Source: Octopus vulgaris | Lineage: Eukaryota | Direction: 5' to 3' | DNA: 64,000 nucleotides | NCBI GenBank assembly: GCA_951406725.2 | Contig: OX597830.1 | Coordinates: 9,920,001 to 9,984,000, forward strand | Shown: piece after piece, positions 27,889 through 42,767 of the stretch | Layout: the number at the start of each line of letters is the position of its first letter | Numbering within the stretch: position 1 is the first letter of the stretch | Translations under genes and position numbers: made by a program | The notes under the pieces: model-generated | The model's input: the letters and a program-made list of their open reading frames with translations, nothing else | What the model was told of the DNA's origin: nothing | Database searches by the model: none

Positions 27889-28439
27889 TATACATATGCA
27901 TATACATACATATATATACACATATATATATACATATGCATATACATACATATATATATAAACATATATATATGCACATATATATACATATATACATATA
28001 TATGCATATGTATATATATATACATATGTACATATATGTATATATATATACATATATATACATATGTATATATACATATATATACATATGTATATATATA
28101 TATATATATATGTGTGTATATATATAAATAAATGTATATACATGAACAGACATGTTTCTATGCATTTGTATCCATACATTTGATCGTGCAAGGCTAGTTA
28201 AATGTCAACGATTGCTGCACTTTCCATGGTATGCTATAAAAGTCTGTCTGATAATTGCTCGATCCGAAATAAAAAGGAAGGGAGGTCACGTTTGAATCTC
28301 GTATAAATTAAATGATATTTATTGCTTGATGGATTGGTTAATCTTTTCCTGATCGCATCAGGAACATAACAGTACACTATATATGAATGTATAAACTTAC
28401 AGATAAAAGGTAATGCTTATCACCAACTTAAATGTCAAC

Positions 28440-28490
<51 letters not shown>

Positions 28491-28495
<5 letters not shown>

Positions 28496-29150
28496 ATAAT
28501 AATATAGGGTGAAATTAATTAATTTGGAATAATCATTAATTTCACCAAGTAGATTTCGGCATGTAAAAGCCCCATTCGAGGAAGGTTTAAGTAATACTAA
28601 GTAATTAAGGGTTTAGCAACGATTTGCCCTCACCACACACCGAATTTAGAAATAGCAGTCAAAGAGTTATGGCTATTCTTTCTACTTAAAAGGGAGATCT
28701 CAGTAAAACCACAGCACTTAAAAGGCAAACGCAGGCAAAAGAGAAAGAAATGACAATCATTCTATATTAAGTCACCTACGGACGTACGTTTCGAAATTAA
28801 GTCATAGGAAAGCATAAAAATTAAATAATTGTGTCTTACCCGACTATTTTTCTCCTCAGCGTAGGACTCTACAATTATGAATAATTGTGTATTAAATATG
28901 GAGGCACTAGAAGACATCACCTCAACTCATGGTATCAGAGCGAGCGTAAGCCGTTACCAGTGCCACCAAATTCAAAGTCTGAATGAAAGTATGTGTCACC
29001 AACCTCCTCCCACCAGCGTGCTGCCAGGATAAGATGTTGCGGTTATTTACTGGGATGAAATATGGTTATCAATAATAATATAGGGTGAAATTAATTAATT
29101 TGGAATAATCATTAATTTCACCAAGTAGATTTCGGCATGTAAAAGCCCCA
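28491..29150 (-). mobile_element. Non-coding hammerhead-bearing element with an 84-bp terminal direct repeat (retrozyme-like / Penelope pLTR-like)
   Basis: 28491-28574 is identical to 29067-29150 (period 576 bp); abuts (TA)n; contains the hammerhead at 28775-28865. Confidence 0.7.
28775..28865 (-). ncRNA. Type I hammerhead ribozyme motif with long stem-loop II
   Basis: Minus strand CCTACG CTGAGGA GAAA..AGTC/GACT..TTTC GAAA CGTACG TC CGTAGG: perfect 6-bp stem I, canonical core, palindromic stem III, GUC cleavage triplet. Confidence 0.88.
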
Positions 29151-29512
29151 AAGAAGCTACACAAAGAAGATCGTCTCAATGCAACATGTCAGCTACTGGG
29201 AAAGACTGAAAGTATAAAACCTCTTCTACGTAGAGCGAAGGCGGGAGAGATATGCGGTGATATACATCTGGAAAATCCTGGAAAGTCTTGTCCCAAACTT
29301 TGGCATTCAAAGTTACCCCAATCGCAGAACGGGGCGCCACTGCATGGTGCCAAAGATTCCAACATTACCATCAAAATACAGGACCAGATACTGCAACAGC
29401 TTGGGTTTCAGAGGACCACAGCTCTTTAACATCCTCCCTAAATGCCTGAGAGACTTGCATGGTGTGGATGTGGGTTTCTTTAAAACTAAACTGGATCTTT
29501 TCTTGTCGGGCT
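29150..29512 (+). mobile_element. CR1-type LINE ORF2 C-terminal fragment
   Basis: SYWERLKV*..RRRERYAVIYIWKILESLVPNFG..CNSLGFRGPQLFNILPKCLRDL..FKTKLDLFLS. Confidence 0.85.
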
Positions 29513-29540
29513 AAAACATTCAGGATTTAAGGATTTTAAG

Positions 29541-29654
<114 letters not shown>

Positions 29655-29745
29655 TGCTTGCTATTTGTGTTTCCTTAGAAGTGACTCCATTGGTCACAAC
29701 TGCCTGCCTTTTATCTTTTAGGAAGGTGTGCAGCCACTCTCCAAG
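29655..29745 (-). mobile_element. CR1-type RT micro-fragment between microsatellites
   Basis: [23 protein letters not shown] matches the W..FL..R.Q.V..NG..S segment that precedes the GVPQG motif. Confidence 0.7.
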
Positions 29746-29870
29746 TATATATATATGTATATAGAGTATATGTATATATACACATATAAATATATATACA
29801 CACATACATATATATATATGTATATATAGTATCTATATATATATATATACACATACATATATATATATGG

Positions 29871-29914
<44 letters not shown>

Positions 29915-29978
29915 CATATATATGTATGGTATATATATATATATATTATATATATTTTTATTTATTTTTATTTTATTT

Positions 29979-30015
<37 letters not shown>

Positions 30016-30098
30016 GTATGTGTTTATCTATATAAGTATGCATGTGTCTATGTGTGTGCGCCGATGTGGTGTGTGTGAGAATATCTGTATATATTTAA

Positions 30099-30134
<36 letters not shown>

Positions 30135-30766
30135 GTGTGCGTGTGTGAGTGAGTGTACTTGTAGCAGTGCGCGCGTATAAATATCAAAATGAAAGCGAGT
30201 CCAGCCTAGATTGTAATGCACGTCACGATCTCAGCTAACTTCAGATCTCTCAGAACTAAACAGCAAACATTTTTGCACATCTAAACATTTAGTAAAATAT
30301 GCATAAAAAGACTGAAGACCGAAGTGAGAAAAATTCACAAGAGCTTCTGTAATGGGATGTTAGCTTACAGCCAATGAGCCAAGCAGCAGTCTTCATTTAA
30401 CTTATTCATTTGTCCGTATTATTACAACATGAATTGCCGTTATGCTTTAGTATGTAATAACACAAAAAGCAAAATATATCTGAAACTTGCAATGTTAACT
30501 CAAATATCTTTACAATACGATACACAGCGACAGTAAAGAGTAAAAACAAGGCAAGCGGCAATGTCTATAGCATTGGAAATATAATGCTTTTATTGTAAAC
30601 TAAAGACAAAAGCTCTATTTGGGGAAAAATCAAAATGGCGTGAAGAGAGATTGGAATGGACCAAAAGTAAAGAATACCAGAAGAGGAAAAAAAAAAAGGA
30701 AATATAATAGACTTAGCGAAATATATATATGCATATATATATGCACACACATATGTGGTGCATATA

Positions 30767-30828
<62 letters not shown>

Positions 30829-30853
30829 TATGTATGTATGTATATTATAGATG

Positions 30854-30886
<33 letters not shown>

Positions 30887-31470
30887 GTGCCTCTGTGTGT
30901 ATAACTATATATGTATGCATATATATTCTTATGCGTTTGTTTGTATGTATGTGTGTGTATGTGTGTAGGTAAGTAAGTGTACATATGTATATCAAATCTA
31001 TAAATATACATAGGTAAGCATACACACTCGCAAACAAGCATACACATCTACATATTCATATATTAATAGGCATCTACATAAATATTCCTGTAAGCATCTA
31101 TCTGTATTTATATTTCCATATCTATCTATTTATCTATATATATATACATACATATACTTATATATATATGTATATATATATATATATATACATAAATGCA
31201 TCTATATACATAAGTGAATACATATGCATTTATATATGCATATACATATAGATAGATAGATAGAGATATGGATATAAATATATACACTAACACTCAGACA
31301 AATATGTATATATATTTATATATATATGTGTGTGTGTGTATGTATACATTTGTATATTGGCGTATAAACATAAATTGTGTATATATTTATATCTATATAT
31401 ATTTGAATACGTATATATATATATATATACATACATATATATGTACATATGTACATGTATACATATATAT

Positions 31471-31565
<95 letters not shown>

Positions 31566-31981
31566 AGTATGTATGTATGTATGTATGTATTTGAACAACT
31601 GATTTCGTCTCCGAGATGCTCGACTAGTCATAAAATGATTAAGATTGATTGTATCTGAATTTCTGAATGAAAATCTCCTTCATTCACCATTCACACGTAA
31701 ACTTCAATGGATGAATTGTTGAAAGTAAGTAAGCTATACTAAAACATTAGAAGGTTAAATAACATTGTCTTCAAAATCTGAGTTTAAGAATTTAGAAATG
31801 TAGCGTAAAACAACCGCCCATACATCTATATATTTACATATAGGTATACATACTTATGTACACACACACGTACAGACATACATACACATGTACCCACACA
31901 TGTAGACGCATATATATCTATATCTATATGTATGTATGGACGTACTTCCATATGTATATATGTTTGCATATATAAGCTTGT

Positions 31982-32114
<133 letters not shown>

Positions 32115-32241
32115 TATATATATATTTATATACACATATATACATATATAGACTCATACTTTCACTCTCTCTGTAGGTATATGTGCATATATTTATATAC
32201 ATTACACATGTATGATTATATTCAAATACGTACACACATCC

Positions 32242-32366
<125 letters not shown>

Positions 32367-32696
32367 TACATATAAATATGCATATGTGTGTGTGTGTGTG
32401 AATATATATATGTGTATATGTATGAACATAAATAACTATATGTATACACACACACACACACATATATACATATAGTACGCGCACACATACACACACGCGA
32501 ACACACACACACACACGCATACATTTGTACTTTGTGTGTGTTTAATATAGAAGAGAAGGATACAGTTTGAGCTATAATAGATAGTGTAATACATATTACG
32601 ACTTCAACCACGGCGAAATATAAAAGATATCTTCAGACATAACTACGAAGATGATAAGGCTATCAACAGCAACAACAACCACACCGACAACACTAT

Positions 32697-32758
<62 letters not shown>

Positions 32759-33194
32759 TAATAATAATAATTGTAACAACAACTGTGGTAGTGTTATATT
32801 GGCCGAAAGTCTGTAATAAAATCACATATAATGTGTTAAGATCTCGATAAGTTCGCCGGTGCGTTCAAGTGTGACGGTGTGAACCGGCTAACTAAAATCT
32901 GGTTGTTCTAGAAGACGGTGGGGCGGAGGCGGTTGGTGGATGTATTTCTACAAATATCTTCCAAGCAACAATTTTTGCAAGTTATAATGTGTTCTTTCAT
33001 CGTTCTGTAGTGAGAGAAGGGAAATAGAATGGCTATTTTGATGGTTGCATTTCAAATTTGTGATGCGCTGTTCCTCGCAAGAAGAACCTAAGCGACATCA
33101 GTGAAAAGAATTATGTTGAATGAAGAATGGAAAACCATTTTCCGTGTCTTTTAACTCTTTCTTCTTCATTCTTCGTCTATCTTCGTTTATCTTT

Positions 33195-33890
33195 TCTTTG
33201 TTTACTTGTTTCAGTGACTGGGTTGCGCCCATACTGGAGCACCGCCTTTGGGAGCTTTTAACCCGGATGGATCGACTCCAGGGTTTAGGTTTTGTTGTTA
33301 AGTCTGACACTTATTCGATTTGACGCTTTTGTGGAACCGCTAAGTTACAGTGGCAGAAAAACAAACAAACATCGGTTGTGAAACGGTGTGGGGAGGGTAA
33401 ATTAAGATACAAAGACACATACATACATACATACATACATACATACATACATACATACATACATACATACATACATACATACATACATACGCGCAACACA
33501 CACACACACACACACACAAATATTTATCTTTTATTTTCTATCTTTCATTTGTTTCAGTCATTAGGACTGCGGCCATGCCGAAGCACCGCCTTGAAGAAAT
33601 TCTGGTCGAACTGCTAAGTTACGGGGACGTAACCACATCAACACCAGATGTCAAGCTGTGGGGGAGGGGACAAACACAGACACAAAAACACACACATATT
33701 GTTCAATATATTTGCGATGGGCTTTCAGTTTCCATCTACCAAATCCACTCACGGGGCTTTCGGCGGCCCGAGTCTATAGTAGAAATACTTGCCCAAGGTG
33801 CCACACAGTAGTACATAGTTTTCTTCTACCAAACTCACTCACAAGGCATCGGTCGGACCGGGGTTATATATTAAAAGACACTTGCCCTAT
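33195..33890 (-). mobile_element. Cluster of decayed SINE family B copies
   Basis: Repeated TTGTTTCAGT..CTGCGGCC..AGCACCGCCTT, GCTAAGTTAC, CTACCAAATCCACTCAC segments. Confidence 0.8.
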
Positions 33891-35234
33891 GTAGCAGTTC
33901 TTCAACAGTTTGGCGCTACTATCTTCGTTCCAATCCGTTCAGCTTTTTCGGTTTAACTTCGATCACAATGAGAATTGTAACTCATGGTTATAAGCAATGT
34001 GTCTGTCCATCAATTTAAACTCACTTAAGTTCATTATCAAAGAATTTCGTCAAAGACTACATAGGGAATAATATCCATACGTAGACTTTCTACCATTCTA
34101 GTGGCACAGACTTGAAATTAACAATACATTAATTGTATAGTTTTTATATCCCTACCTACACGTTTGTTATACTTTCACTTTCGCTCTGCTTTCATTCCGA
34201 ACATTCTCGTTTAAATGAATATTGTTACAATAAAACCGCTCTTACATCTTTTCAAATGCAGATATTTAACCGCTTCACATCCGAATTCTTTGATTTGTTC
34301 AACTGGAAATATTGGAAGAAGCGATGCGTTTCTTGCTCAAGTATTTAATGCTTTCCCGCTCTTCGATTCTGTCCAAATTTATCACGGGTCAACATTTTCT
34401 GTAGGTACGTCAGAACAAGGGACTCAACGAGTTGCGGGTTGTCTCACTCACTGTATCGTAAAATTAATGAGGTCGGAGCTGATAGGGTCGTTAGTACCCA
34501 GTACGAAATTCCTCGCGGTAATTCTTCCGTCTTCGCGTTCTGAGTTCTAATGCCGCCGGGGTCGACGAGCCTTTGGTCCTTCGAATGGGAGTACGATTTA
34601 GTCAACCAGCCTCCGCCCTCAAAAATTCAGGCCCTGTGCCTTTAGTAGAAAGGATAGTTATCTGGAACTGTCAATGTGAAGGGCATTGCAGACGCATGAG
34701 TCATAAAGATCAGCACGGAAGCTGAGTAAAGAGATACAGTAAGAATAGCAGGAAGAATAAAAAAAAAAAACATACGATTGAGAAGTTTGGATGGTGTACA
34801 GTAAATTGGTTAAACAATGAGAGACCGTCGTCGTTTTAGAAGAAAAAACTGGTTGAAGTGTAAAACATTTTGGAGTTTTAGAGTTATGGACTTGATTATG
34901 TGAAGGAATAGAATGTGGAAGGAAAAGCCTAGGAATATTGTGTCTGGTCCCTACTGAACTACATCCGACGCGTTGTTCCGAAAAACTCCAAAGAAATCAG
35001 CATAAAAATGTCAGATCCTCGCCGAGAAAACGGTTGAGGAATGCGGTTGGAGGACTTGAGGCCTGTATTCAAGGAACGATAAAATGATTATGATGGACAG
35101 TATTTTCAGAGTGAAGCTGCTTTGGAGATGAAAAAGAGAATAAAGTTACCCGATGTGTCTATTTTTATGTGAGTGATACGATCGTTTACAGCAATTGGGG
35201 TGACTCCAGAAAGGTTAAACGAGACAGTGTCTTT

Positions 35235-35355
35235 ATAGGACATGTAACCTAATAGCAATGCCTTCCATTGAGGACATCTAACCTAACAGCAATGCCGTTA
35301 ATACAGGTCATGTAACCTAATAAAGATGTCTTCAATACAGGATATGTAGTCTAAA
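35235..35355. repeat. Diverged ~35-bp minisatellite (AGGACATGTAACCTAATAGCAATGCCTTCAATAC), about 3.5 copies
   Basis: Visible periodic AGG.CAT.TAACCTAA. Confidence 0.75.
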
Positions 35356-35717
35356 ATCTGGCGGTAGTGGGAGGAGTCTCGCTGGGGATGAACGAGGGTA
35401 GAAAACAGCCGAGATGTGATTGATGTTGTAAATATAGGACATGTGACATAAATGTTAGTGGTGGTGGCTGGAGGATTTGTGTGTGGTGGGGGCTCATTTA
35501 GCCTTATTTTTAGTTCTTGTTATAGTGTTAGGGAACAGAATATGAACTTGGAGGTACAGTGATGTGGACCTTTCAGGAAGAGTAAAGGGAAATCACTCTT
35601 TCTGAGATGCTGATGAGGGCATGTGATGCGAGGAAAGCGTTGGAGCACACACACAGAGTGTAAAGGGGAAAATAGAAGATGGACGAAAGAGCTCGCTGTC
35701 ATGAAAGAATAAGAACG

Positions 35718-36141
35718 TAGTTGTGGTGGTGGTGTTGGTGGTGGTGGTGGTGGAGGAGGAGAAGGTGAGAGGTGTTGTTGCTGTTGTGTTAGTGGTGGTG
35801 GTGGTGGAGGAGGAGGTGAGAGTGTTGTTGTTGCTGTTGTGGTAGTGGTGGTGGTGGTGGTGGTGGTGGTGGAGGAGGAGGTGAGAGAGGTGTTGTTGCT
35901 GTTGTGGTAGTGGTGGTGGTGGTGGTGGTGGTGGTGGAGGAGGAGGAGGTGAGAGGAGTTGTTGCTGTTGCTGTTGTGGTGGTGGTGGTGGTGGTGGTGG
36001 TGGAGGAGGAGAAGGTGGTGTTGGTGGTGTTGTGGTAGTGGTGGTGGTGGTAGTGGTGGTGGTGGTGGTGGTGGTGGTGTTGTTGCTGGTGGTAGTGGTA
36101 GTGGTGGTGGTGGTGGTGGTGGAGGAGGTTGGTGGTGGTGG

Positions 36142-36172
<31 letters not shown>

Positions 36173-36610
36173 GTTGGTGTTGGTGGTGTTGGTGTTGGTG
36201 TTGTTGTTGGTGTTGGTGGTGGTAGTGGTGGAGGAGGAGGAGGTGAGAGAGGTGTTGTTGCTGTTGTGGTAGTGGTGGTGGTGGTGGTGGTGGTGGTGGT
36301 GGTGGTGGTGGTGGTAGTGGTGGTGGCAATGTTGTTTGCAGTGGTGGTGTAGGTACCTGATACTGGAGAAGGTGATTGAAGTGCTGGTGGCAGCGAAGGT
36401 GGTGGTGTTCCTGGTGTTGGTCGTGGCGGCAATGAACGTTATTTTGAAACTAGTGGTACTGGTGATGGTTGCGTCGGTAGTTTGAAGCTAGTGCTAGTGG
36501 CGGCGACATTGGTGGTGGTAGTGGTGGTGGTGATGACTGGTGTTGGTGGTGGCGGTGGCAGTGTTGTTTCTAGCGGTGGTGTAGGTACCTGATACTGGAG
36601 GAGGTGATTG
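35718..36610. repeat. (GGT)n-rich tract with a higher-order unit GGAGGAGGAGGTGAGAGAGGTGTTGTTGCTGTTGTGGTAG
   Basis: The unit recurs about five times amid variable GGT runs; a ~35-bp duplicate GGTGGTGTAGGTACCTGATACTGGAG..GGTGATTGA lies near 36343 and 36575. Confidence 0.9.
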
Positions 36611-36639
36611 AGCTCAAGTCCAGCCTAAACACCAATCTG

Positions 36640-36915
36640 CTGAGGTCTTCAGAGAGAAAGGATTTTCCCTGAAAATTTATCAATTTTGGAGATTATTACT
36701 TCGAGATATTTTTATATTTTGCAGAAACTATTAAAGAGTAAACGGTAACAAATAGATGCTATTTTCGATCACCATAAAGCATTCCGATTCCTTAAGTCAT
36801 CCGAAACTCGATTATCGCTAATGAGTTTCTTAGGAAATCCTAAACACTGAGAAAACACACGAACTATGAGCATGAGATTATGTGCCGGCTGTTCCTGGTA
36901 ACCTCCCGAGATTTT
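36640..36915 (+). mobile_element. Highly decayed LINE RT fragment (CR1/Jockey type)
   Basis: QIDAIFD..KAF / DSLSHPKL across a frameshift resembles the VDAIYLDFSKAFDSVPH..L motif. Confidence 0.45.
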
Positions 36916-37194
36916 GGTCCTCAGAAGGAAAATTTTCTCCCCATGCAAATTACTACAATCGAACTATTTTTTTTATTTGTTTTAGTCATTTGACTACAGC
37001 CATGCTGGAGTACCGCCTTTAGTCGAACAAATCGAGGTCGACTTTGCCTTTTCATCCTTTTCGGGGTCAATAAAATAGGTACCAGCTGATCACTGGGGCC
37101 GGTGGTCTTGTACCAAAAGTTGTAATTAATATAACTTGATTACGTTACTTAAAAAAACCGTTTTAAGGCGATCCCCTTTGTTTCTTGTGTGTAA

Positions 37195-38052
37195 TATTCT
37201 TTTAGATCTAGGCACAAGGCCCGAAATTTGTGGGGAGGAGGCCAGTCGATTAGATCGACCCCAGTATTCAACTGGTACTTAATGTATCGACACTGAAAGG
37301 ATGAAAGGCACAGTCGACCTTCGCGGAATTTGAACTCAGAACACAAAGACAGAAGAAATACCGCTAAGCATTTCGCCCGGCGTGCTAACGTTTCTACCAG
37401 CTAGCCGCCATACATGTATGTAATAGTCTTTTCTGCTCTAGGCACAAGGCCCGAAATTTTGGGGGAGAGGACCAGTTGATTAAACCGACCTCCGTATCCA
37501 ACTGGTACCTAATTTATCGACACCGAAAGGATGAAAGGCAAAGTCGACCACGGCGGAATTTGAACTCAGAACGTAAAGACAGATGAAGTACTTATTTCTT
37601 TACTACCCACAAGGGGCTAAACACAGAGAGGACAAATAAGGACAGACAAACGGGTTAAGTCGATTACATCGATCCCAGTGAGTAACTGGTACTTATTTAA
37701 TCAACCTTGAAAGGATGACGGCAAAGTCGACATCGGCGGAATTTGAACTCAAAACGTAGCGGCAGATGAAATACCGCTCAGCATTTTGTCCGGCGTGCTA
37801 ACGTTTATGCCAGCTCGCTGCCATACATGTATGTAATATTATTTTCTACTCCAAGCGCAAAGCCCAAAATTTGGTGGGAGAGGACCAGTCGATTAGATCG
37901 ACCCCAGTACGCAAATGGTACTTTATTTATCGGCCCCGAAAGGATGAAAGGCAAAGTCGACCATGGCGGAATTTGAACTCAGAACGTAAACACATACGAA
38001 ATACCGCTAAGCCTTGCACCCTGTGTGCTAACGCTTGTGTCAGCTCACCGCT
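37195..38052 (-). mobile_element. Head-to-tail array of SINE family A (monomer, nested dimer, monomer)
   Basis: Four cores; each unit is followed on the + strand by the same ATACATGTATGTAAT sequence. Confidence 0.9.
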
Positions 38053-39454
38053 ATACATGTATGTAATATTGCCTTATGCATGAGACCGGAATATATTCAG
38101 AAATTCTCTCCAGATTATCTTTCATAGTCCTACTTTTTCATCTAACCAACATTACTTCTCGACAGACATTATAACCTGCGTATTAAGAATGTCTTTTGGA
38201 GATCATAATATTTAGCGAATGTTTCTCCACAGAATCTACTCATTGAGTATAAGATAACCATTTTAATATTTAAATAACTATACTAATCTTACCACCAATG
38301 AAACCATGCTTGTGTCTAGACAAAATAGTTTTTAAATTTCTGTTTTCTATGAATATAATCCTCGCTTTTCTAAGATATTACATTAGAAATATTGATATTA
38401 CGTCTGTATTTTTACTAATATTTATTCCTTTCCCACTGAAAGACTTAACACTGGTTGTTTACCAAGGGGTTATGTTCCGTAGCAGTAGGTTCTTTCTTTC
38501 AGTTCTTATCTTTATCCGAAGCTTCTAGTATTTCTTTCCTCGATGGTTCTTCTGTTAAAAGTTCTTTAATTATTTATCATAATACACGTTTAATAATCTT
38601 GTTTTGACTATTCAACGGATTACATTGATAAGCTTAATATTTTTGTAAACGAACAAAAATTTGCTGAATATTTCACTAAAAAGTATTGATTATTTCTCAG
38701 TGTTATGTTTCAATTCAAAATAAATTGGATACAATCACGGTTTACTTAACGGAATATATGTATATTACGTCTTATAAAAATACGTGATTTCGTATATTTA
38801 ACTCGAACCTAGGGACTCATTAGGTCGGAGCTTGTCCTGGTTTTCATTATATATAAACTAATGAGAGTACAAACACCTCTTCCATCTAGGCGTAATATCA
38901 GTCTATTGCAGGGTTAATTTCCCAACAGTTTCTGGTGCTAAATTTATGCTGAACGAAATTGATTAACGGGAAACAAAATGGCTTGCTCAACGATAAAACC
39001 CGTTGCCTGCGCCGACATTCGAACCCAGGGCCTTATGATCATGAGCCAAAACAAACACAGATTGACGTAGGTCAGAGAAGGTCTGTGATATTTTGAGAAA
39101 GAAAGGGACCTTCCCTTTATTCTCCATTATTTAACCTTTCCAATTTTACTCCACTAAGCTACGATATATATTTCTCTTTTCTTCCCAACTGTTTGGCAAA
39201 ACTAATACCATGGCTATTTAATTTCCAATGTAATACGTCGCGTAAAAGTTCTTACTTGAGATATGTATATATATATATTTGTGTGTGTGTGTGTGTGTGT
39301 GTATGTGTGTGTGTGTCTAAATATATATATATATGTATGTGTATACACACACACATATACATAGTATATATATGCATATATGTGTGTGTGTAAATATATA
39401 TGTATGTATATATATATATGTATATATATGCGTATATATAAATATATTTATATA

Positions 39455-39519
<65 letters not shown>

Positions 39520-39646
39520 ATACAAGAAAGCTTGCACTAAAGAGAGAATGTCTGTATAATAGTAATAATAATAGTAACAAAAATATTGATATTAATAATA
39601 ATAATAATAATAATAACAACAATAACAGTAATGATAAAGCCAAAAA

Positions 39647-39699
<53 letters not shown>

Positions 39700-39894
39700 A
39701 CATCAGCAACAACAATAACAAATATATTTATCTACTCGAACACAAAAATATGATGCCATGCTGTACTTGTGTTTCTGAGTATCATATTCAGTATTATGTG
39801 AACAGCCATATGCAGGTGGACGTATAGGACGCGGGATAGAAAAACATAAACAGACCCACCCACCAAGCAGTGTCTATATACATACATACATACA

Positions 39895-39949
<55 letters not shown>

Positions 39950-40156
39950 ATATATATATATGTGTGTGTGTGTGTGTGTATGCATATATATATATATATA
40001 TGTATATATATGTATACATGTATATTTGTATATATATATATATATATGTATGTATAATTATATACTTATATTTATATATATGTATATATGCATATATATC
40101 TATATATATATGTGTATATATATATATATATATATTTATATACACATGTATATATA

Positions 40157-40247
<91 letters not shown>

Positions 40248-40654
40248 TATACATATATGCGTAAATAGAATTTATTGTATACAAATTTAATATTACACAA
40301 GGAATTTTATAATGTCCTTGTGTTAAATCTGCTTAGTTTAATCTCTTTCTTAAATGTCTCCTCTGACCTTCGCCTTTTCCTTTCTTTACATATGTTCACC
40401 CTCGCCTTCCCTTATCCCTCTCTCTCTCTCTCTCTTTCTCTCTTTACCTTCTCACTATTATATATTTGGCTTTATGTCTTCAATAAACTTTTGCACCCCT
40501 CATCTCCGACCGTTCCCCTTTCGCATCCTTTACCTTTGCCCTTCCTCCTACTCTTTCCCGTTAGCTTACCGCCATTACACTCCCGATGTTTTACGTTTCG
40601 TAAAGTCAGTTCTTGTTAATGTCTTGTCTCCGTCATCGTCTTCCCTCCAGTCGC

Positions 40655-40825
40655 CAACTTCATTATCATAATTGTCATCATTGCTAACATCACAACCATC
40701 ATCACCATCATCTTCTTCTACGGCCTCGTCATCATCATCATCATCATCATCACCATTAGTATAAACATCAGCACTATCATCATCAGCATCGTTGTCATTT
40801 CCATCACCACCACAATCGTTATCAC

Positions 40826-40890
<65 letters not shown>

Positions 40891-41230
40891 CCGTCATCAT
40901 TATCACCATCGTCATCACAATCACCATCATCACCAACATCCCCATCATTATCATCATCATCACCATCATCATCACATCATCATCATCACCGTCATCATTA
41001 TCCCAATCGTCATCACAATCACCATCATCACCAACATCACCACCACCGCCATCATCACCGTCATCATTATCATCGTTATCATCAGAATCAGCATACACAT
41101 CATCGCCACCATCTTCGTTGCCATTCTCATCATCCTCATCGTCGCCGTTATCACCATCATCGTCATCTTCATCATCACGACCACAACGACAACGACAACC
41201 ACCACCACCACCACCACCACCATCGTCATC
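40655..41230. repeat. Degenerate (CAT/CAC/CGT)n tract
   Basis: Visible simple repeat. Confidence 0.93.
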
Positions 41231-41510
41231 GCGTTCAATCTGTTATCACCACGAAACAGTTATGTCTGAGTAGAGCACACCAACATGGCAGTGATACCAT
41301 TGTTACGACCAGATGGAATCTAGCCCGCGGTTGGTAGCACCACGTCTGACTCGTTGATAACCAGACGAATGCCGAGTGTCTGATGAAAGCATTAACTGTA
41401 TCGTTCTCTTACCATTTATCGTTTCATGCCCGCTGCAAGCCATTTCTCAAACATCGCCGATTGCATTAATTACGAAAGAGGAACACACACAGAAACATAG
41501 ACACACGCAC

Positions 41511-41565
<55 letters not shown>

Positions 41566-41676
41566 ATGAAAGAATCTCTCACACACTTATGCAAACACAG
41601 AGCATACTAAGGTTTACGTTGAGTACACACACATACAATTATGCCACATATTACATCATGTGTGTATGTATGGATG

Positions 41677-41732
<56 letters not shown>

Positions 41733-42002
41733 TATGTATATATAGTACGTATGTACAAATAGAATCATATATTTGTATGCATCTATGTAACAAAGAGAGA
41801 CAGACAGAAAAGTTTGAGTGTGTGGTATATATGTATATCTGCCTGCCTGTCTGTCTATCTGTGTATATATATATATATATACATATTTAGCTATCTGTCT
41901 ATCTATATATCTATTTATCTATATTTATCTATATATATACACACACATATATACATGCATATACATATATATATATATATATATACACAGACATATATAT
42001 AA

Positions 42003-42047
<45 letters not shown>

Positions 42048-42340
42048 GTGCACGCATATTCATACATATATGTGTGTGTTTGCGTGTGTACACAACCACA
42101 TTTGTGCAGTCTGCCATCTTAATAATTCTAGAGAAAAAAAGGACAAGTTTGTATGAAGAGGTATTAAAATAAATATTCTTATGCAATTGTAGATTTTGAC
42201 GTCTCAGAGTTTCCTATGTGACATATGCAATCATCAGCAATGAAAAAGAGTTCATATATCTAATAGCGGTATGATATAATAAACTTTGTTATGAAATAAA
42301 TGAAAGACTACAGAAGTTAAGTACTTATATATACATAATA

Positions 42341-42724
42341 TCGTGGTACTCCGTCAGTTACGACGATGAGCGTTCCAGTTGATCGTATCAACGGAACAGC
42401 TTTCTCGTGAAACTAACACGTAAAGGGCTGAGAACTCTACAGACATGTGTACCCTTAACGTAGTTCTCGGGGAGATTCAGCGTGACACAGAGTGTGACAT
42501 GGTTGGTCCTTTGAAATACAGGTACAACAGAAACAGGGAGAAATAGTGAGAGAAAGTTGTGATGAAAGGATACAGCAGGTTTCGCCACCACCCCCTGTCG
42601 GAGCCTCATGGTACTTTAGGTGTTTTCGCTTAATAAACACTCACAACATCCGGTCTCGGAATCGAAACCGCGATCTTATGACCTCGAGTCCGCTGCCCTA
42701 ACCACTGCGCCATTGCGCCTCCAC
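42341..42724 (-). mobile_element. tRNA-derived SINE family C, full length
   Basis: Minus strand GTGGAGGCGCAATGGCGCAGTGGTTAGGGCAGCGGACTCG (A box), GGTTTCGATTCC (B box); flanked by ATACATAATA on both sides (TSD-like); second copy at 57975-58230. Confidence 0.88.
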
Positions 42725-42767
42725 TATACATAATAACAATATCTTCGAAATATATACACTCTCTCTC

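Noticed and set aside
34655-35130. Possible LINE endonuclease start (GTVNVKG)
   Set aside because: No further APE motifs recoverable.
35520-36432. Pro/Thr/His-rich ORFs (mucin- or extensin-like)
   Set aside because: Derived from (GGT)n repeats and open in several frames.
42645-42724. tRNA gene call for SINE heads (also near 58150-58230, 53011, 26731)
   Set aside because: A and B boxes continue into shared SINE bodies, and I could not fold a full cloverleaf with an acceptor stem.
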